DNA of 64,000 bases from Bugula neritina (Eukaryota > Animalia > Bryozoa), in the NCBI GenBank assembly GCA_964035545.1, contig OZ037772.1, forward strand, positions 8,425,150 through 8,489,149, in the 5' to 3' direction. The position numbers were made by a program, and so were the translations under genes. Of the stretch, positions 62,201 through 64,000 are shown one piece after another (position 1 is the stretch's first letter; each line of letters opens with the position of its first letter). Under the pieces are notes generated by a model. It saw nothing but the letters and a program-made list of their open reading frames with translations. It did no database searches and was not told where the DNA came from.

Positions 62201-64000
62201 TATCTACATCTCTTTTTAATGCCAGTTACTTGTTAGCTTCAGTACAAACAGCTAAACATTCTACTCTACAGCCAATCTTACTGTTAACTCTTGTTTAACA
62301 ATATTACAAGAATCTAAAAATTTGAGTGCGTTTTAAGTATAATATTCTATCATTATAACTTTTAAATGAAACAATAATATGATAAATGCATTATAACTTT
62401 CTGAAAAGTTTTTTTGCAAAGTATATGTTTTTGGAAAATAGTTTTACAACATTTGCTAGGAGCGTTATATTTATTTCTATCTAAAATAATTTTGTTTGAA
62501 CTGCTATGTTTGTAATCATGTAATCAGAAGTAAAGCATCAGTAAAATGAGTATAAGTAGAAGCTTGACAGCTACATTAGGCATTGCTACATAGTACATAA
62601 ATATATGGCCGTATTAAATACTTAGCTGCATTCACAGATAAATGCATGGCTTGGAATTACAATACCATGAATACATTATTTATTTAGCTGGGTAACTATA
62701 CAATTATGCCAAAGTGAAAAGCTTTTGGTTATTAATGCCTGAAATGTCTAACAATCTACTTGGGAGACCACCTTGTTGTTACAGAGTGAATGAGTTATTT
62801 GTTTGGCATTTGGATGATGGCACAAAGAAAGGCTATTTGGTTTGTTACTTGAGACTAGTAGCAAACTGCTACAGTCATAGCATCTTAGAAGATTTTGCAT
62901 CACTTGCTAGAATTGTACATTATTTTAATGTAGCTATTGAAATTAATATCGCACTGAAAACACAGTATTGCAAAATCTTAAGCTGTACATAATTATATTA
63001 TGCATCAAAAAGTACTTCTGCTATTCGACTATCCCAGGTTTATTTTAAACTAGCACTGCCAAAGTGCCTTGACTCTATTACAGTGTTTACTAGCTAATTT
63101 TGTTCTTCTCAATAGTGAAATAGATCTATTGCAAGAAATTGATAACTAGATATAACAATAATGATTTTTAGGCAAGACTTTCGCATCTATATTGCTCATC
63201 TGCTAGCTTGAAATACCCCTCTCCTTGGACTAATCTCAGGCTTTTCATTGTTGTTTAAACAGTTTTTAAACTCCTATTTCAATAAATCATTACCAACACT
63301 GCATGCCTGCATGTATTAATATTCATTAGTGCCATCAATGCACTGTGGGGACAGCACCTGATGTTCTGTATATTACATTATAGTACAGAGATACTAAATC
63401 CAAAACATCTAAAATAATTGATGCTTCTACCAGATTTTTAGCACACCTATAATATGTATTCCTGTAGTAAATATTAATAAGATGTTTTAACTGATAGTTT
63501 TTATGCCATTATAATAGTTTGATACTATAACTACAACTTGAAACTCTTTAACCAGCACATTGGTTAGTAATATTGCTTCTTGATATTTAATTGCTGGTTC
63601 ACAAACTATCAATAATAGGGATGCATATCAAAACTTGACTGCATTCATAATATGATTTTAATGCTAGGTAATGACTAAGCATGTCTGGCTGATATGAGGT
63701 GACTATTTTGTACACTGTTTAACAACATCAGCTTTTTGGGTTCATTTAAAGCATCTGCAAATCTGTATTATACATAATTACTGTTAGGGCCAATTAATTA
63801 AATTGTTAACCCTGAAATGCTTTTTACACTGTAATACTAAGTAGTAAAAGATATGTATATATATATAAACTGATTGTAATTTATACATAACATTGTACAT
63901 TTAAAAAAAATCACAAAATACATAATTTATTAGCTAAATTTCAAGGCGTTTTGTAGGTAGTGGGTTAATGTCAATAAAGTAGAATCCGGGAAGTTGAGTA

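Noticed and set aside
59400-64000. Short ORFs (60424, 62714) and weakly coding-looking minus-strand patches near 62750-63780
   Set aside because: No consistent exon chain or recognisable motif; left unannotated.

Overview
AT-rich animal (probably invertebrate) nuclear DNA with GT-AG introns; I cannot assign the species. Left to right it contains: (1) the 3' end of a divergent Bcl-2-like gene (+, 27-869); (2) a complete 13-exon SLC5A/SGLT-type sodium:solute symporter (-, 1954-10406, about 640 aa) with foldback MITEs in its introns; (3) a 5-exon divergent Bcl-2-family gene that the ORF track does not show as a whole (-, 11870-14802, about 179 aa; BH1 NWGR replaced by NWIT; no obvious TM tail); (4) a ~42 kb tandem and inverted cluster of nine C2H2 zinc-finger gene copies (A-I) plus a single-finger relic. 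The fuller copies share a 19-nt first coding exon, a (GTGA)n tract in intron 1 and an N-terminal region with a repeated acidic/hydrophobic 'E-x-DVPLSEVISEAF-x-VLG' motif that I do not recognise as KRAB, ZAD, BTB or SCAN. B, F and H look intact, C is truncated in its last finger, and the rest are decayed or partial; (5) an ~8 kb Ty3/Gypsy LTR retrotransposon (32293-40290) inserted just after the start codon of ZNF copy E. Its pol frame continues about 530 aa past integrase into an acidic segment, two C2H2-type fingers and a coiled coil, and its LTRs carry a cloverleaf array of a repeated 12-bp palindromic motif. Together these suggest a retrotransposon-encoded transcription factor and its target array (hypothesis). 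tRNA-derived SINEs and mini/microsatellites are scattered through the window. The last ~4.6 kb has nothing I can assign. Exon coordinates were read by hand; no database search was run.
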